32,000 nucleotides of DNA, taken from positions 90,001 through 122,000 of the forward strand of contig NZ_CP026606.1 in NCBI RefSeq assembly GCF_002945325.1, in the 5' to 3' direction. The translations under genes and the position numbers were made by a program. Origin of the DNA: Methanococcus maripaludis. GTDB lineage: Archaea > AGJL01 > Methanococci > Methanococcales > Methanococcaceae. Shown here one piece after another: positions 1-11,506 of the stretch (positions within the stretch are counted from its first letter, which is position 1; each line of letters begins with the position of its first letter). The notes beneath the pieces are model-generated. The model did no database searches and was not told the DNA's origin. It saw nothing but the letters and a program-made list of their open reading frames with translations.

Positions 1-4
1 AAAC

Positions 5-598
5 TTAATTTTTGATTAACTTTTGAACCATTGCTTTATTTTTTAAAGCAGATTCGAAATTGGGATTTAACGTAACAGCTTTTTCAAAACACTCGAAAGC
101 TTTTTGGTAGTTTTTAACCTTGTAGTACTCGACACCCTTATTATTCCACCTTATTGGGAGAATTTCTTTTAATTTAATGCGTGTCTTTTCAATATTTTTT
201 CTCAAAGTTTCTGAATACGGATTTATTTCAAAAGCTTTTTCAAAATAGCCAAGTGCCTTCTCAAAATTGCCCTGATTGTAGTTTTCAACACCCAATTTTG
301 AAAATTTATTATAATTTTCGTTTTCCTGCTTTTTTAACTTTTCTTCTACCATCTTTTTATTTTTTATTGCAGGAATATATGAAGAATTCATGTTTAAAAC
401 GCTGTTAAAACATTGCAGCGCTTTTTCGTTTTCCTTAAGTTTTAAAAAAACCATTCCCTTTCCAAACACTGCTAAAAAATCGTCTGGATAGTATGAAAGT
501 ATTTTATCATAGCACTCAAGTGCTTCTGCATATTTTTCAGAATTACAGAGCAATGCTCCGTGACTGTGCCATTTTTGAATGCCGTAATTGTTCTTCAT
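5..598 (-). CDS. TPR-repeat protein
   Basis: ORF with several TPR units (ALECYDKILSYYPDDFLAVFGKG, ALQCFNSVLNMNSSYIPAIKNKK, AFECFEKAVTLNPNFESALKNKA). The track starts at a TTG (613), but AAAGGA lies just upstream of the ATG at 598, which is the better start. Confidence 0.85.
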   Translation of the reverse strand: MKNNYGIQKWHSHGALLCNSEKYAEALECYDKILSYYPDDFLAVFGKGMVFLKLKENEKALQCFNSVLNMNSSYIPAIKNKKMVEEKLKKQENENYNKFSKLGVENYNQGNFEKALGYFEKAFEINPYSETLRKNIEKTRIKLKEILPIRWNNKGVEYYKVKNYQKAFECFEKAVTLNPNFESALKNKAMVQKLIKN

Positions 599-722
599 GT
601 TCAATCCTTTCAAAAGTTAAAAACAGTCCAAATCTTTTGATATAATGAATAATGAAGTTTGAAAATAAATAGCTATTGTGTAGGTAAAATTTAATTTTAA
701 AAAAGAGATGTATTTTAAAGAA

Positions 723-1655
723 TTATTCGAATTCAATTGTTGCTGGCGGTTTATCGGTTACGTCAAGAACTACTCTTGTAACGTTTGGAATTTCTGAAGT
801 TATTCTTTTGCTGATTCTTTTTATAAGATCAAATGGAATTTCAGGAGTGTGTGCAGTCATTGCATCAAGTGAGCTTACAAATCTAAGTGCAACAACCCAG
901 TTGTAATCTCTAATGTCGCCTTTAACACCAGTTGCTTTTGTGTCAAGCACTGCTGCAAAGTACTGCCAGAGTTCGTTTTTAAGTTCAGTTTTTTCAATTT
1001 CTTCTGAAACAATGAAGTTTGCTTCTTTGCAGATTGCTAATTTTTCATCTGTAATTTCGCCTAAAATTCTAACTGCAAGTCCAGGTCCTGGGAAAGGCTG
1101 CCTGTGTGCAATCTGGTCAGGTAAACCAAGTGAAACTGCTAAAAGTCTAACTTCATCTTTGTAGAGTTCTCTTAATGGTTCAACAACATCTAAAACCATT
1201 CCACCAGGTAATGCAATGTTGTGGTGTGTTTTAATCTGTCCTTCACTTTCAATCCAGTCTGGAGCAATTGTTCCCTGAACGAGTACTTCTTCACCCTGTT
1301 CTTCTGCAACTTTTTCAAATACTTCGATAAAGAGCCTTCCAATTATCTTTCTTTTTTCTTCCGGATCAGTAATGCCTTCGAGTTCTTTTAAAAATATGTC
1401 TTTTGCTTCAACAATTTTTAAATTGAGCCCCATCTGTTCTTTAAAAATTTTCCAGATTTCTTCGGACTCGTTTTTTCTCATTAATCCGGTATCAACATAA
1501 ACTGCAAGTAATTTATCTCCAATTGCTTTATCCGTAAGAACTGCAGCAACTGCACTGTCAACTCCACCGCTCAGCGCAATGATTGTTTTTCTATTATTAA
1601 TCTGCTTTCTTATTTCTTCAATGGATTCTTCTATAAACGGTTCGGTCTTGAACAT
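723..1655 (-). CDS. guaAB: GMP synthase (glutamine-hydrolysing) subunit B, ATP pyrophosphatase subunit
   Basis: [14 protein letters not shown]-loop motif and C-terminal [16 protein letters not shown] typical of GMP synthetase. No glutaminase domain is present, as in the archaeal two-subunit enzyme. Confidence 0.95.
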   Translation of the reverse strand: MFKTEPFIEESIEEIRKQINNRKTIIALSGGVDSAVAAVLTDKAIGDKLLAVYVDTGLMRKNESEEIWKIFKEQMGLNLKIVEAKDIFLKELEGITDPEEKRKIIGRLFIEVFEKVAEEQGEEVLVQGTIAPDWIESEGQIKTHHNIALPGGMVLDVVEPLRELYKDEVRLLAVSLGLPDQIAHRQPFPGPGLAVRILGEITDEKLAICKEANFIVSEEIEKTELKNELWQYFAAVLDTKATGVKGDIRDYNWVVALRFVSSLDAMTAHTPEIPFDLIKRISKRITSEIPNVTRVVLDVTDKPPATIEFE

Positions 1656-1677
1656 TGATATTCCTCCAAATAATTAA

Positions 1678-3318
<1,641 letters not shown>

Positions 3319-3442
3319 TTAGAAATATTATTCAATCAAATATAAATGTTTCCCGATTTTCTGAAAACAAAATTTTAGAATAACTAATAAATTCATGTAT
3401 GTTTTAAGGGTATATGAAGTTATCAGACGCCGAGAGGAAAAT

Positions 3443-3991
3443 ATGGTTGAACTTAAAGTAGATTCAGAAATTGTTTTAAAAGAAATAGAATTGTCCGATG
3501 CAGAAGATATTTTTAAATTAATCGACTCAGATCGAGAAAATCTCAGAATTTGGCTCTCTTTTATAGATTCAACAAAAGAAATAGCCGACACTGAAGACTT
3601 TATACGTTCGATACTGTTTCTTCCAAAAGATATTCGAGATCTTGTCACTGTTATTATTTACAAAGGCCAAAAAATTGGATTAATTGGATTTAAGCTAACA
3701 GATTTTGTAAATAAAAAAACGGAAATTGGCTACTGGATTTCAAAAGAATTTGAAAACAAAGGAATTGTAACTAAATCTGTAGTAAAAATGATAGATTATG
3801 CATTTAATAATTTAGAATTAAATAGGATACAGATAAAATGCGGAATTGGAAATGAAAAAAGTTTAAAAATACCAAAAAAGCTAAATTTTAAATTTGAAGG
3901 TATCGAAAGAAGTGCAGAATTGTTGAATGGAAAATTTATCGATGCAGAAGTTTACAGCATTTTAAAAGATGAATGGACTTTTAAAAATTAA
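3443..3991 (+). CDS. GNAT-family N-acetyltransferase (RimJ/RimL-like)
   Basis: GYWISKEFENKGIVTKSVVKMIDYAFNNLELNRIQIKCGIGNEKS resembles RimJ/RimL-type acetyltransferases. GAGAGGA precedes the ATG at 3443, so the longer start at 3395 is less likely. Confidence 0.85.
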   Translation: MVELKVDSEIVLKEIELSDAEDIFKLIDSDRENLRIWLSFIDSTKEIADTEDFIRSILFLPKDIRDLVTVIIYKGQKIGLIGFKLTDFVNKKTEIGYWISKEFENKGIVTKSVVKMIDYAFNNLELNRIQIKCGIGNEKSLKIPKKLNFKFEGIERSAELLNGKFIDAEVYSILKDEWTFKN

Positions 3992-4001
3992 AAAAAGAAA
4001 T

Positions 4002-4577
4002 TTAATCTTTTTTTATGTGGTTCATCAGAACGCCTTTTTTGTAGCAGAGGTATAATATCCCGGTATCGTACCTTGCATCGTGAAATCCAACTTCGCTACA
4101 GCCATACGCTTTTTTTGTAAATTCAAGTCCTTCATTTGGGCACTGTTCTAAAAATTCCATTAATTCAACTAATTTTGGTCTTTTATATCTTTTCTGACCC
4201 GGAAGTTTACAGATTGGGGTAAAATGAAACATCGTACAGAATTTATCTTTTGGAACATATTCTGGACCGAGTCTTTCAAACTCTGCTTTTAAAAACCGTA
4301 TATCAAAAGAGATATTGTGCCCAATTATTACGGAATCTTCAAGGTCTTCCCGAACTTCATCGACAGTATCTTCAAAAGTCATTCCATTTGATAATTCGTC
4401 AAGTATTTCCATTGTAAGCCCGTGAACTTTTGCAGCGCTTCTTGACATGTGGTCAACTGAGTAGTATTGATTAAAAACTTTTTTTAAGTTTAAATCTTCG
4501 TCAGTTACTAAATAAGAAAGCTGTGCAATCTGTCCGGGGTGAAGTCCCGTTGTTTCAGTATCTAAAAAAACATACAT
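4002..4577 (-). CDS. 3'-5' exonuclease of the DnaQ/RNase T family
   Basis: ExoI motif FLDTETTGL, ExoII IGHNISFDIRFL, ExoIII HDARYDTGIL. The ATG at 4577 is an alternative to the GTG at 4586. Confidence 0.88.
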   Translation of the reverse strand: MYVFLDTETTGLHPGQIAQLSYLVTDEDLNLKKVFNQYYSVDHMSRSAAKVHGLTMEILDELSNGMTFEDTVDEVREDLEDSVIIGHNISFDIRFLKAEFERLGPEYVPKDKFCTMFHFTPICKLPGQKRYKRPKLVELMEFLEQCPNEGLEFTKKAYGCSEVGFHDARYDTGILYLCYKKGVLMNHIKKD

Positions 4578-4706
4578 CTTTAACACGTTTTAATTTTAAA
4601 TTTTCAATAACTCATTTCAAGATAACTCAACTATATATATCAGGTTATTTAAGCTTTATATCTAATTATCTAATTAAAGAATATAAAGAATATTTCTCTG
4701 ATTTAA

Positions 4707-4776
4707 TTATGCAATGATGAGTGCCGACTTCACTGAGGATTTTTCCGATGAAGACAACGGGGACAGCTGAGCATAA
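4707..4776 (+). ncRNA. C/D box guide sRNA (archaeal sno-like RNA)
   Basis: Box C ATGATGA (4714-4720), D' CTGA (4733-4736), C' CGATGA (4746-4751), D CTGA (4767-4770). Guides are 12 nt (GTGCCGACTTCA) and 15 nt (AGACAACGGGGACAG). Flanked by a perfect terminal stem TTATGC/GCATAA (4707-4712 / 4771-4776) and followed by a T-tract. An upstream AATATAAAG (about 4678-4687) could be the TATA box. Confidence 0.93.
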
Positions 4777-4777
4777 C

Positions 4778-4784
4778 TTTTTTA
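4778..4784 (+). terminator. T-tract after the C/D sRNA
   Basis: CTTTTTTT immediately 3' of the sRNA terminal stem. T-tracts act as archaeal terminators. Confidence 0.55.
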
Positions 4785-4808
4785 AAAAATTTATATTATA
4801 ATTTTAAA

Positions 4809-7049
4809 TTAATAATTAAGGAGAGTCTGCTGGCCGTATTTCATTCCAAGGTCTCCAAGGATTTTTTTACCGATTTTTTCGCCGAAAAGTTCAAGGATTT
4901 TTTCAGGATTATTATTTATTTCAACTTTGGACTTAATTCCTGCATTATAAAGTTTTCTCGACCTTGCACGGCCGATATTCTTGACTTTTAATAATTCAAT
5001 TAATTCTTCTTTTGCACCGTATTCAATTCTTAATTCCATTTCCATAAGGGCTCTGTATATTTCACTGCTGTCTAAATTAATTAGTTTTGCAATCTCTTTT
5101 GTTGAATAAATCATCCATTTGGCCTGTTCAACTTTGTATCTTAAGATTCCGGGTTCAACACCGTACTTTTCCAAAATTAGTTCTTCAGGTATTTCACTTA
5201 CCCAGTCGCAGAACATTTTTGAATTTTTAAAAGCTTCAACATTTTCCGCAGAATACTCATTAATTCCAAATTTTTCCATTTCAAGGATTAAATCAAGTTC
5301 TTCATTCGGCCTAACTCTTAAAAGTGGCCTCATTTCGTTAGTTTTTGAAATCAAATAGAATAAATACTGATCAATTTTTGATCGATCCAATTGAGCACAT
5401 TTTTTCTTCAATTCATGTAATTCTTCTATTATAATTTCAGAACTCATCGGGTCGATATAAAGTTCAGAAATTCTTTTTCCAAGCTTTGTTGATTTAAATT
5501 CAACTTTTGAATTGGGATTTGAAAGATCGAATGAAGTTTCTTTTGAATCTAAAACTAAATTATTTGAAGAATCAAAGGAGAGTTCAACTACTTTGTTTTC
5601 CGCTTTTTTAAGAACTGAGGTTTCTAAAAATTTATTTTTTTCTAAAAATTCTACAACTTCTGATACATTTAATAAAACTGCGCCGATATTTCCAAACTGG
5701 TAAGCGTAAAACGTATTTTTCATGAAATTGACAAGATTTTGTCCGTCATTAATTTCTCCTGTGGAAATTAAACCCAAAATATGAATTCTCAAAACTTTCT
5801 GGTTTGCTAATTTTGAATATATATTTTCAACATTTCCAGTAAGAATTTCATAAGCTTTTTCAGAATCGCGCTCATTTTTGATATAAATTATTCCTTCACC
5901 GTAAGGGTCCAATCCAGGTCGGCCAGCTCTCCCAATACACTGCTGAATTTCCATTCTTGGAATATCTACAAGGCCGTTTTGAGAATATCTTTTTATATCT
6001 CGCACAATTGCTCGCCTGCACGGTAAATTCAAGCCTGCCGAAAGTGTTGGCGTACAGCAGATTACTTTTATTAATCTATTTCTAAATCCATCTTCAACGA
6101 TTTTTCGATGCTGATACGTGAGTCCTGCATGGTGAAATGCTATTCCTTTTTTAATACATTCTGAAAGGGCTTTACAAGTTTCAGTTGGCGTATCGAGAAT
6201 TGATAAAATTTCTTCACTTAATTTATTTAGTTCATGCTGTTCAGTTCTTGTTAAGTACTTAGTTAAATTGTGTTTTTTTGCTTCGCCAACTGCATTTCTT
6301 TTTGAATTGCAAAATATTAAACAAGAACCTTTTTCTTCGACACTATCAACTATTAAATCAGTTATATTATTTTTAGAAACCTGCTTTATTTTTTTTGCAG
6401 GGCTTTTTACAAACTCAAGTTCATTTTCAAAGTAAATTCCTTTTTTTAATTCAACTGGCCTCCATTCATCAACGATTAATTTCGCGTTTAGCCAGTCTGA
6501 GAGTTCTTCGGGGTTTCCAATAGTTGCAGAAAGGCCGACAATCTGGGCATTTAAATTTTTCAATTTCGTTAAAATTACTTCTAAAGTTCCGCCCCTGTCG
6601 TTATCCCCTATTAAATGGATTTCATCAATTACTGCTAAGGATACGTCATTTATCCATTCAACTTCGTGTCTCATCAATGAATCGAGCTTTTCAGAAGTAG
6701 TTATAATGATATGAAACTTTGAGAGATTCTCTTTAGTATCAAAATCCCCGATTGATAGCCCTACTTTTATTCCATATTTTTCATATTTTTCCTTAAATTC
6801 ATCAAATTTTTCATTTGCAAGCGCTTTTAGTGGGACGATGAATAACCCTTTTTTTCCAGTTAAATTTTTATTTTCATCTAAAATATGGTTTAATAAAGCC
6901 ATTTCTCCAATAAGCGTTTTTCCACTCGCAGTTGGAATACATATTAAAAAATTCTTTGTTTTATCAAAAAGTTCTTCATCAATTACTTTTTTTTGCGGAG
7001 GTCTTAATTCAGTAATTTTGTTTTCTTTAAGTATATCCAATACATGCAT
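4809..7049 (-). CDS. hel308: Hel308-type (Ski2-like) DNA helicase
   Basis: PTASGKTLIGEMA (Walker A), VIDEIHLIG (DEAH-like), QCIGRAGRPGLDPYGEG, and a C-terminal HhH-like region (LLKVKNIGRARSRKLYNAGIKS). Confidence 0.9.
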   Translation of the reverse strand: MHVLDILKENKITELRPPQKKVIDEELFDKTKNFLICIPTASGKTLIGEMALLNHILDENKNLTGKKGLFIVPLKALANEKFDEFKEKYEKYGIKVGLSIGDFDTKENLSKFHIIITTSEKLDSLMRHEVEWINDVSLAVIDEIHLIGDNDRGGTLEVILTKLKNLNAQIVGLSATIGNPEELSDWLNAKLIVDEWRPVELKKGIYFENELEFVKSPAKKIKQVSKNNITDLIVDSVEEKGSCLIFCNSKRNAVGEAKKHNLTKYLTRTEQHELNKLSEEILSILDTPTETCKALSECIKKGIAFHHAGLTYQHRKIVEDGFRNRLIKVICCTPTLSAGLNLPCRRAIVRDIKRYSQNGLVDIPRMEIQQCIGRAGRPGLDPYGEGIIYIKNERDSEKAYEILTGNVENIYSKLANQKVLRIHILGLISTGEINDGQNLVNFMKNTFYAYQFGNIGAVLLNVSEVVEFLEKNKFLETSVLKKAENKVVELSFDSSNNLVLDSKETSFDLSNPNSKVEFKSTKLGKRISELYIDPMSSEIIIEELHELKKKCAQLDRSKIDQYLFYLISKTNEMRPLLRVRPNEELDLILEMEKFGINEYSAENVEAFKNSKMFCDWVSEIPEELILEKYGVEPGILRYKVEQAKWMIYSTKEIAKLINLDSSEIYRALMEMELRIEYGAKEELIELLKVKNIGRARSRKLYNAGIKSKVEINNNPEKILELFGEKIGKKILGDLGMKYGQQTLLNY

Positions 7050-7120
7050 TTTTTCAACATTTTTGTTAATTCTTTTCTTTTTAATTGTAATCCATTTGTA
7101 ATATAATTTTGCCCATATGA

Positions 7121-7227
7121 GTAATAATAATTACTGAGTATTGTTACATAGTAATAAAATATAACAACATATAAATACTGCGTTATATCAAGTATTATCT
7201 GTAATAAATATCTTAAAAAATTATTAC
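7121..7227. promoter_or_regulatory. Upstream region of the cbiM operon with three inverted repeats flanking the likely TATA box
   Basis: GTAATaataATTAC (7121-7134), TTACataGTAA (7144-7154), GTAATAA-N13-TTATTAC (7201-7227). A TATA-like CATATAAATAC lies at about 7168-7178. Confidence 0.55.
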
Positions 7228-7246
7228 TCTAAAAATGGGTGAGGCA

Positions 7247-7885
7247 ATGCACATACCAGATGGATTTATCCCATTGTGGGAAAGCGGGATTTTTTGGGTA
7301 ATTTCCCTGATATTTTTAAGTATGTCTTTAAGATGGGCATCAAAGGAAATGAATGAAAAGACAGTTCCACTATTTACGGCACTTGCAGCAGGTATTTTTG
7401 CAATTCAAGCAATGAACATGCCTATACCTTGGGGAACTAGTGGACACATGGTTGGTGCAGCACTAACTGCGATAGTATTTGATAGCCCTTGGGCTGCTGT
7501 ATTAATGTTAGCTCTTGTTTTAATTGTTCAAGGATTATTCTTTGCAGACGGTGGTTTAATCGTCATGGGTGCAAACATCTTTAACATGGGTGTTGTAGGT
7601 GGATTTGTAGGATACTACGTATTCAAATCATTGAAAAAAACAAACTTCCACGCAGCAGTATTTACTGCTGGATGGTCTGCAACATTTATAGCAGCACTTG
7701 CTTGTGCAGCAGAACTTGCAATTGCAGGAACATTCCCAATTGACCTTGGAATTCAATTTATGGGTCTTTACCACGCAGTTATCGGAATTATTGAAGGTTT
7801 AATTACTGCGGTAGTGGTAGGCTACCTCGCATCAGCTCGACCGGATCTTGTAAAGAGCGTAAAAAAGGTGGTTTCAAATGAGTAA
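7247..7885 (+). CDS. cbiM: Energy-coupling factor Co/Ni transporter component CbiM/NikM
   Basis: Canonical [10 protein letters not shown]-terminus begins at 7247, preceded by GGGTGAGG. Multiple transmembrane helices. The upstream ATG at 7235 sits on the ribosome-binding site. Confidence 0.93.
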   Translation: MHIPDGFIPLWESGIFWVISLIFLSMSLRWASKEMNEKTVPLFTALAAGIFAIQAMNMPIPWGTSGHMVGAALTAIVFDSPWAAVLMLALVLIVQGLFFADGGLIVMGANIFNMGVVGGFVGYYVFKSLKKTNFHAAVFTAGWSATFIAALACAAELAIAGTFPIDLGIQFMGLYHAVIGIIEGLITAVVVGYLASARPDLVKSVKKVVSNE

Positions 7886-8204
7886 CAACAACTCGATATT
7901 AGTTGCAGGACTAATCGTTGCATTATTAATTGGACTTGCAGCACCATTTTTAGCTTCAGGTGACCCTGATGGATTGGAAAGCGCTGCAGAAAAAATTATT
8001 AATTCAGATGTTTTGGATGCAAATTTAGATGAAGCAGGACTTGAAGAAGAAGGAACAGTTGCACCTTCACCAATGCCTGACTATGCAATTCCAGGAATGG
8101 ACAAAATAGGGGAAATTGGTGCATTAATTATTGGTATTTTATTAATAACCTTACTTTCATTTGGCGTTGGTTCAATATTTAAAAAATCAACTTCAGAAAA
8201 CTAA
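7878..8204 (+). CDS. PDGLE-domain protein, CbiN/NikN-like small transporter component
   Basis: N-terminal TM helix followed by [12 protein letters not shown], then a C-terminal TM helix. Overlaps the end of cbiM. Confidence 0.88.
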   Translation: MSNNNSILVAGLIVALLIGLAAPFLASGDPDGLESAAEKIINSDVLDANLDEAGLEEEGTVAPSPMPDYAIPGMDKIGEIGALIIGILLITLLSFGVGSIFKKSTSEN

Positions 8205-8324
8205 AAGATCTGATTTACTTTTTTCAATTTTTTAAAATTTCAAAAGATTAAGAGTTCGTTTTTATTACATATTTTTATATAATTTATACCAAAAACATGA
8301 TTTTAAAATTAAACAGGTGTATTT

Positions 8325-8627
8325 ATGATAAAACATATCGTTATGTGGAAATTAAAAGAAAATGATAAGGATAATGATAAATTTGAGAATGCAAAAACCA
8401 TTAAAAATAAATTGGAAAGTTTAAATGGAGTTATTCCTGAAATAAAATACATAGAAGTTGGTGTAAACTCTGAAAAATTTGAAAATAACTACGATGTAGT
8501 GTTGGTATCAGAATTCGACAGTTTTGAAGATTTAGATGTTTATCAAAAACACCCAGAACACGTGAAAGTTGGAGAATTTGTAAAATCAGTTGCAGAACTC
8601 AGAACTGCTGTTGATTACGAATTTTAA
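8325..8627 (+). CDS. Dabb (stress-responsive A/B barrel) domain protein
   Basis: MIKHIVMWKLK...DLDVYQKHPEHVKVGEFV is the typical Dabb pattern. Confidence 0.85.
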   Translation: MIKHIVMWKLKENDKDNDKFENAKTIKNKLESLNGVIPEIKYIEVGVNSEKFENNYDVVLVSEFDSFEDLDVYQKHPEHVKVGEFVKSVAELRTAVDYEF

Positions 8628-8776
8628 TTATATTTTTTTAATGAATATTTGTATTATTTTCTCCTATTTTTTTCAAAATAATATGGTTTTTTATAGATTA
8701 AGAACTATTTTAAATTAATAATACTCTATAATCATTTGCGAAATATTGTAATAATCAAATATTTTCAGGTCAAAAT

Positions 8777-9544
8777 TTGCACGGATCAATTCACAGTTTG
8801 GAAAGAGATGCGTTTGTCGAAAGTCCGCTTCACAGAATAGATGCTAGAATCAAATTAATTTTTGTTTTTACCGTAGTTTTGACTGCAACAATTTTTAACA
8901 ATGTTTATTTAATGGTTTTAATGGAAATTTACATGTTATTTGTAATGCTCTTTTCAAAAATCCCTATTTCAAATTTACTTAAAAGAATAATCATGATAAT
9001 CCCATTTGGTGGATTTATAGCATTATTCCAGCCTTTCATTCGAGGAGAATCTGTAATATATTATTTAGGAATGCTTCCAATATATTCTGAAGGATTGGAT
9101 TTTGGAATTTCATTATTTTTAAAATTTCTGGTTTCTATAACTTCAGTGGTGCTGTTATCCTCGACAACACCAATGTATGAAGTAATAAATGCTGGAAAAA
9201 AACTTGGAATTCCAAGCATTATGTCTACGCTTCTTGGAATGATGATTAGATACTTATTTGTAATGGTTGATGTTTTAGAATCCACGATAAAAGCCCAAAA
9301 ATCAAGGGCACTTAACAGGAAAAATTTAAACTACAAACAGCTTCTAAATACATTTGGGTCATTAATCGGGCTTGTTTTTTTAAAATCATATGAACAGGGT
9401 GAAAGAACCTATTTAGGAATGCTTTCAAGAGGATATTCGAAAGATTCGAATATAAAAACACTCGGTCAAAAAATCGGATTTAATGACATTTTGTTTTTGT
9501 CCACTACAACGCTAATACTGTCAATTGGAATTATCTCTTTTTAA
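8777..9544 (+). CDS. cbiQ: Energy-coupling factor transporter T component CbiQ
   Basis: RIDARIKLIFVF N-terminus, multiple TM helices and RALNRKNLNYKQ / RGYSKD region as in the CbiQ family. Likely TTG start. Confidence 0.88.
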   Translation: MHGSIHSLERDAFVESPLHRIDARIKLIFVFTVVLTATIFNNVYLMVLMEIYMLFVMLFSKIPISNLLKRIIMIIPFGGFIALFQPFIRGESVIYYLGMLPIYSEGLDFGISLFLKFLVSITSVVLLSSTTPMYEVINAGKKLGIPSIMSTLLGMMIRYLFVMVDVLESTIKAQKSRALNRKNLNYKQLLNTFGSLIGLVFLKSYEQGERTYLGMLSRGYSKDSNIKTLGQKIGFNDILFLSTTTLILSIGIISF

Positions 9545-9699
9545 ACTATCGAATGCCTATCCAAATTGACAGTTTTTAAGTCATAATACTATATCTAAAA
9601 TTATATATGTTAATTTAAAAAGGTCGTTATTCACAAATAAAAAGTTAGATAAAGATAAAACTTCAAAAGTATAACTATAGAAATTTAAAAAGGCGCACC

Positions 9700-10881
9700 A
9701 TGGGACTATTTTCAATTTTTAAATCAAAAGATCCAAAAAAACTGCTTGAAATTGGCACTGAATATTATAATAATGGTAAGTATCAAAAATCCATAGAATA
9801 TTTTAATAAAACTTTAAATTCAGAGCCCAAAAACCCTGATGCATGGTATTTTAAAGGAAATGCATACCAAATGCTTGGTAAATCAAAACTTGCTCAAGAT
9901 TCATACGAAAAAGCGCTTTCTATACGTCCAAACGATCTTGAAATAATTAAAAGCTATACAATGCTACTCAATTCGTTAGAACTATTCAAAGAATCCGTTG
10001 AAATCTTGAAAAATGTTTCCGAATCCGACGATGAAATTATAGAAATTTTAGGCGATGCCTACTTAAAAACAGGTAAATTTGAAGAAGCAATTTTACATTA
10101 TAATGATATTTTGGAAAGAAAACCAAGGTATAAAGAAATCCTTGCAAAAAAAGGAACTGCACTTGTAGGGCTTAAACAATTTGATGAAGCTCTTGAAATT
10201 TATGAAAAAGTTTTGAAAATAAGCCCCTATGATACTGAAGTCTGGAAAAATATAGGTAATGCATTTTATACTGTTAAAAAGTATGAAAAAGCAATTCAAT
10301 TCTATGATATGTACTTAAATGAACATAAAGGAGACTTTGGAGTAACTCTTTCAAAAGGAGACGCTTTGAGAAAACTTGGAAAAACCAACGAAGCACTTGA
10401 TCTATATACAAAAGTGCTCGAAAAACATATACAAAATTATGAACCGTGGTGCAGGGTCGGCCTTTTATATTACGATACTGAGGATTACGAAACTGCCATT
10501 TATTACCTGGAACTGGCAAATGAAAGAAACCCATTAAATCCATCCATACTGGTAAAACTTGGAAGAACGTATGTTAAATTAAGGAATTATAATAAAGGAC
10601 TCGAATTTATGGAAAAAGCTTTAGATAAAGACAGCGAATACGCAAAAGCATGGTGCTACAAAGGATACATATTAAATCTTTTGGAAAGGCATTATGAAGC
10701 AATAGACTGCTACAAAAAAGCTATATCGATAAATAAAAACGATTCTAAATTTTGGATGCATTTATCAAATGTATACAAAACCATTGGAAAAGAAGACTAT
10801 TCAAAAGAAGCTTATGAAAATGCAGTAAATCTTGAAAATCATAATATGCTTCCAAAAAGTGCTGAAAATTCAGTACTTTAA
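9700..10881 (+). CDS. TPR-repeat protein
   Basis: Roughly ten consecutive TPR units such as GTEYYNNGKYQKSIEYFNKTLNSEPKNPDAWYFKGNAYQMLGKS. Confidence 0.9.
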   Translation: MGLFSIFKSKDPKKLLEIGTEYYNNGKYQKSIEYFNKTLNSEPKNPDAWYFKGNAYQMLGKSKLAQDSYEKALSIRPNDLEIIKSYTMLLNSLELFKESVEILKNVSESDDEIIEILGDAYLKTGKFEEAILHYNDILERKPRYKEILAKKGTALVGLKQFDEALEIYEKVLKISPYDTEVWKNIGNAFYTVKKYEKAIQFYDMYLNEHKGDFGVTLSKGDALRKLGKTNEALDLYTKVLEKHIQNYEPWCRVGLLYYDTEDYETAIYYLELANERNPLNPSILVKLGRTYVKLRNYNKGLEFMEKALDKDSEYAKAWCYKGYILNLLERHYEAIDCYKKAISINKNDSKFWMHLSNVYKTIGKEDYSKEAYENAVNLENHNMLPKSAENSVL

Positions 10882-10975
10882 CATATTATTATTTCAAACG
10901 TGAACAATACCGCATAATTTAAATAGAATAGGTTTCATACGATTAGGAAACTTGAAATTTGAGCAGGGTGAAAAC

Positions 10976-11473
10976 GTGGAAGAAGAAAGGTTCTATGTAA
11001 CTCAGGCTTTGTCTGAATCCGAAGTATTTGGAAAGTTAAGAATGCTGATTGCTGAAAATGTCTCAGGACTCTATAATTTAACTGTTAAAAATAACTTAAA
11101 CCATAAATTCTATTCAATAAAATTTATTGTTAAAGCAAGAAGCGAAAATTACGCAAAACTCTGTGAAATTCTCCAGAAAAATGAAATAATTTTGGTAAAC
11201 TGTTATGAACTGATTTTCCCATCGTATAAAATTTCAATAAAAGGGGATTCAGAACAGTGTTTAAACATACAAAAAGAACTATTGGAAGTATTAATGGCTT
11301 ATGGTTCTGTTCCAATAAAATCTAAACTTTCATCAGACGAATTTGTTAATGGATCATTAGAAATAACTGTTACAAATAAGGACCCCTCAAATTGCATCAA
11401 ATTTTTAGAACTTATGAGAAAAAACAAAGATATGGAATACAAAGTTACTCCTGTCGATGAAAGCGAATTTTAA
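10976..11473 (+). CDS. Conserved hypothetical protein
   Basis: Open frame in the same orientation as its neighbours. AGGGTGA precedes the GTG at 10976, so the TTG at 10952 used by the track is less likely. No family recognised with confidence. Confidence 0.75.
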   Translation: MEEERFYVTQALSESEVFGKLRMLIAENVSGLYNLTVKNNLNHKFYSIKFIVKARSENYAKLCEILQKNEIILVNCYELIFPSYKISIKGDSEQCLNIQKELLEVLMAYGSVPIKSKLSSDEFVNGSLEITVTNKDPSNCIKFLELMRKNKDMEYKVTPVDESEF

Positions 11474-11506
11474 TTTACTTAAAAAAGAAGGGGGATAGGT
11501 GATTTA

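Noticed and set aside
8740-8768. Repeated AAATATT sequences upstream of cbiQ (GCGAAATATTgtaataatcAAATATTTTC).
   Set aside because: They are short, AT-rich and not symmetrical enough to separate from background.
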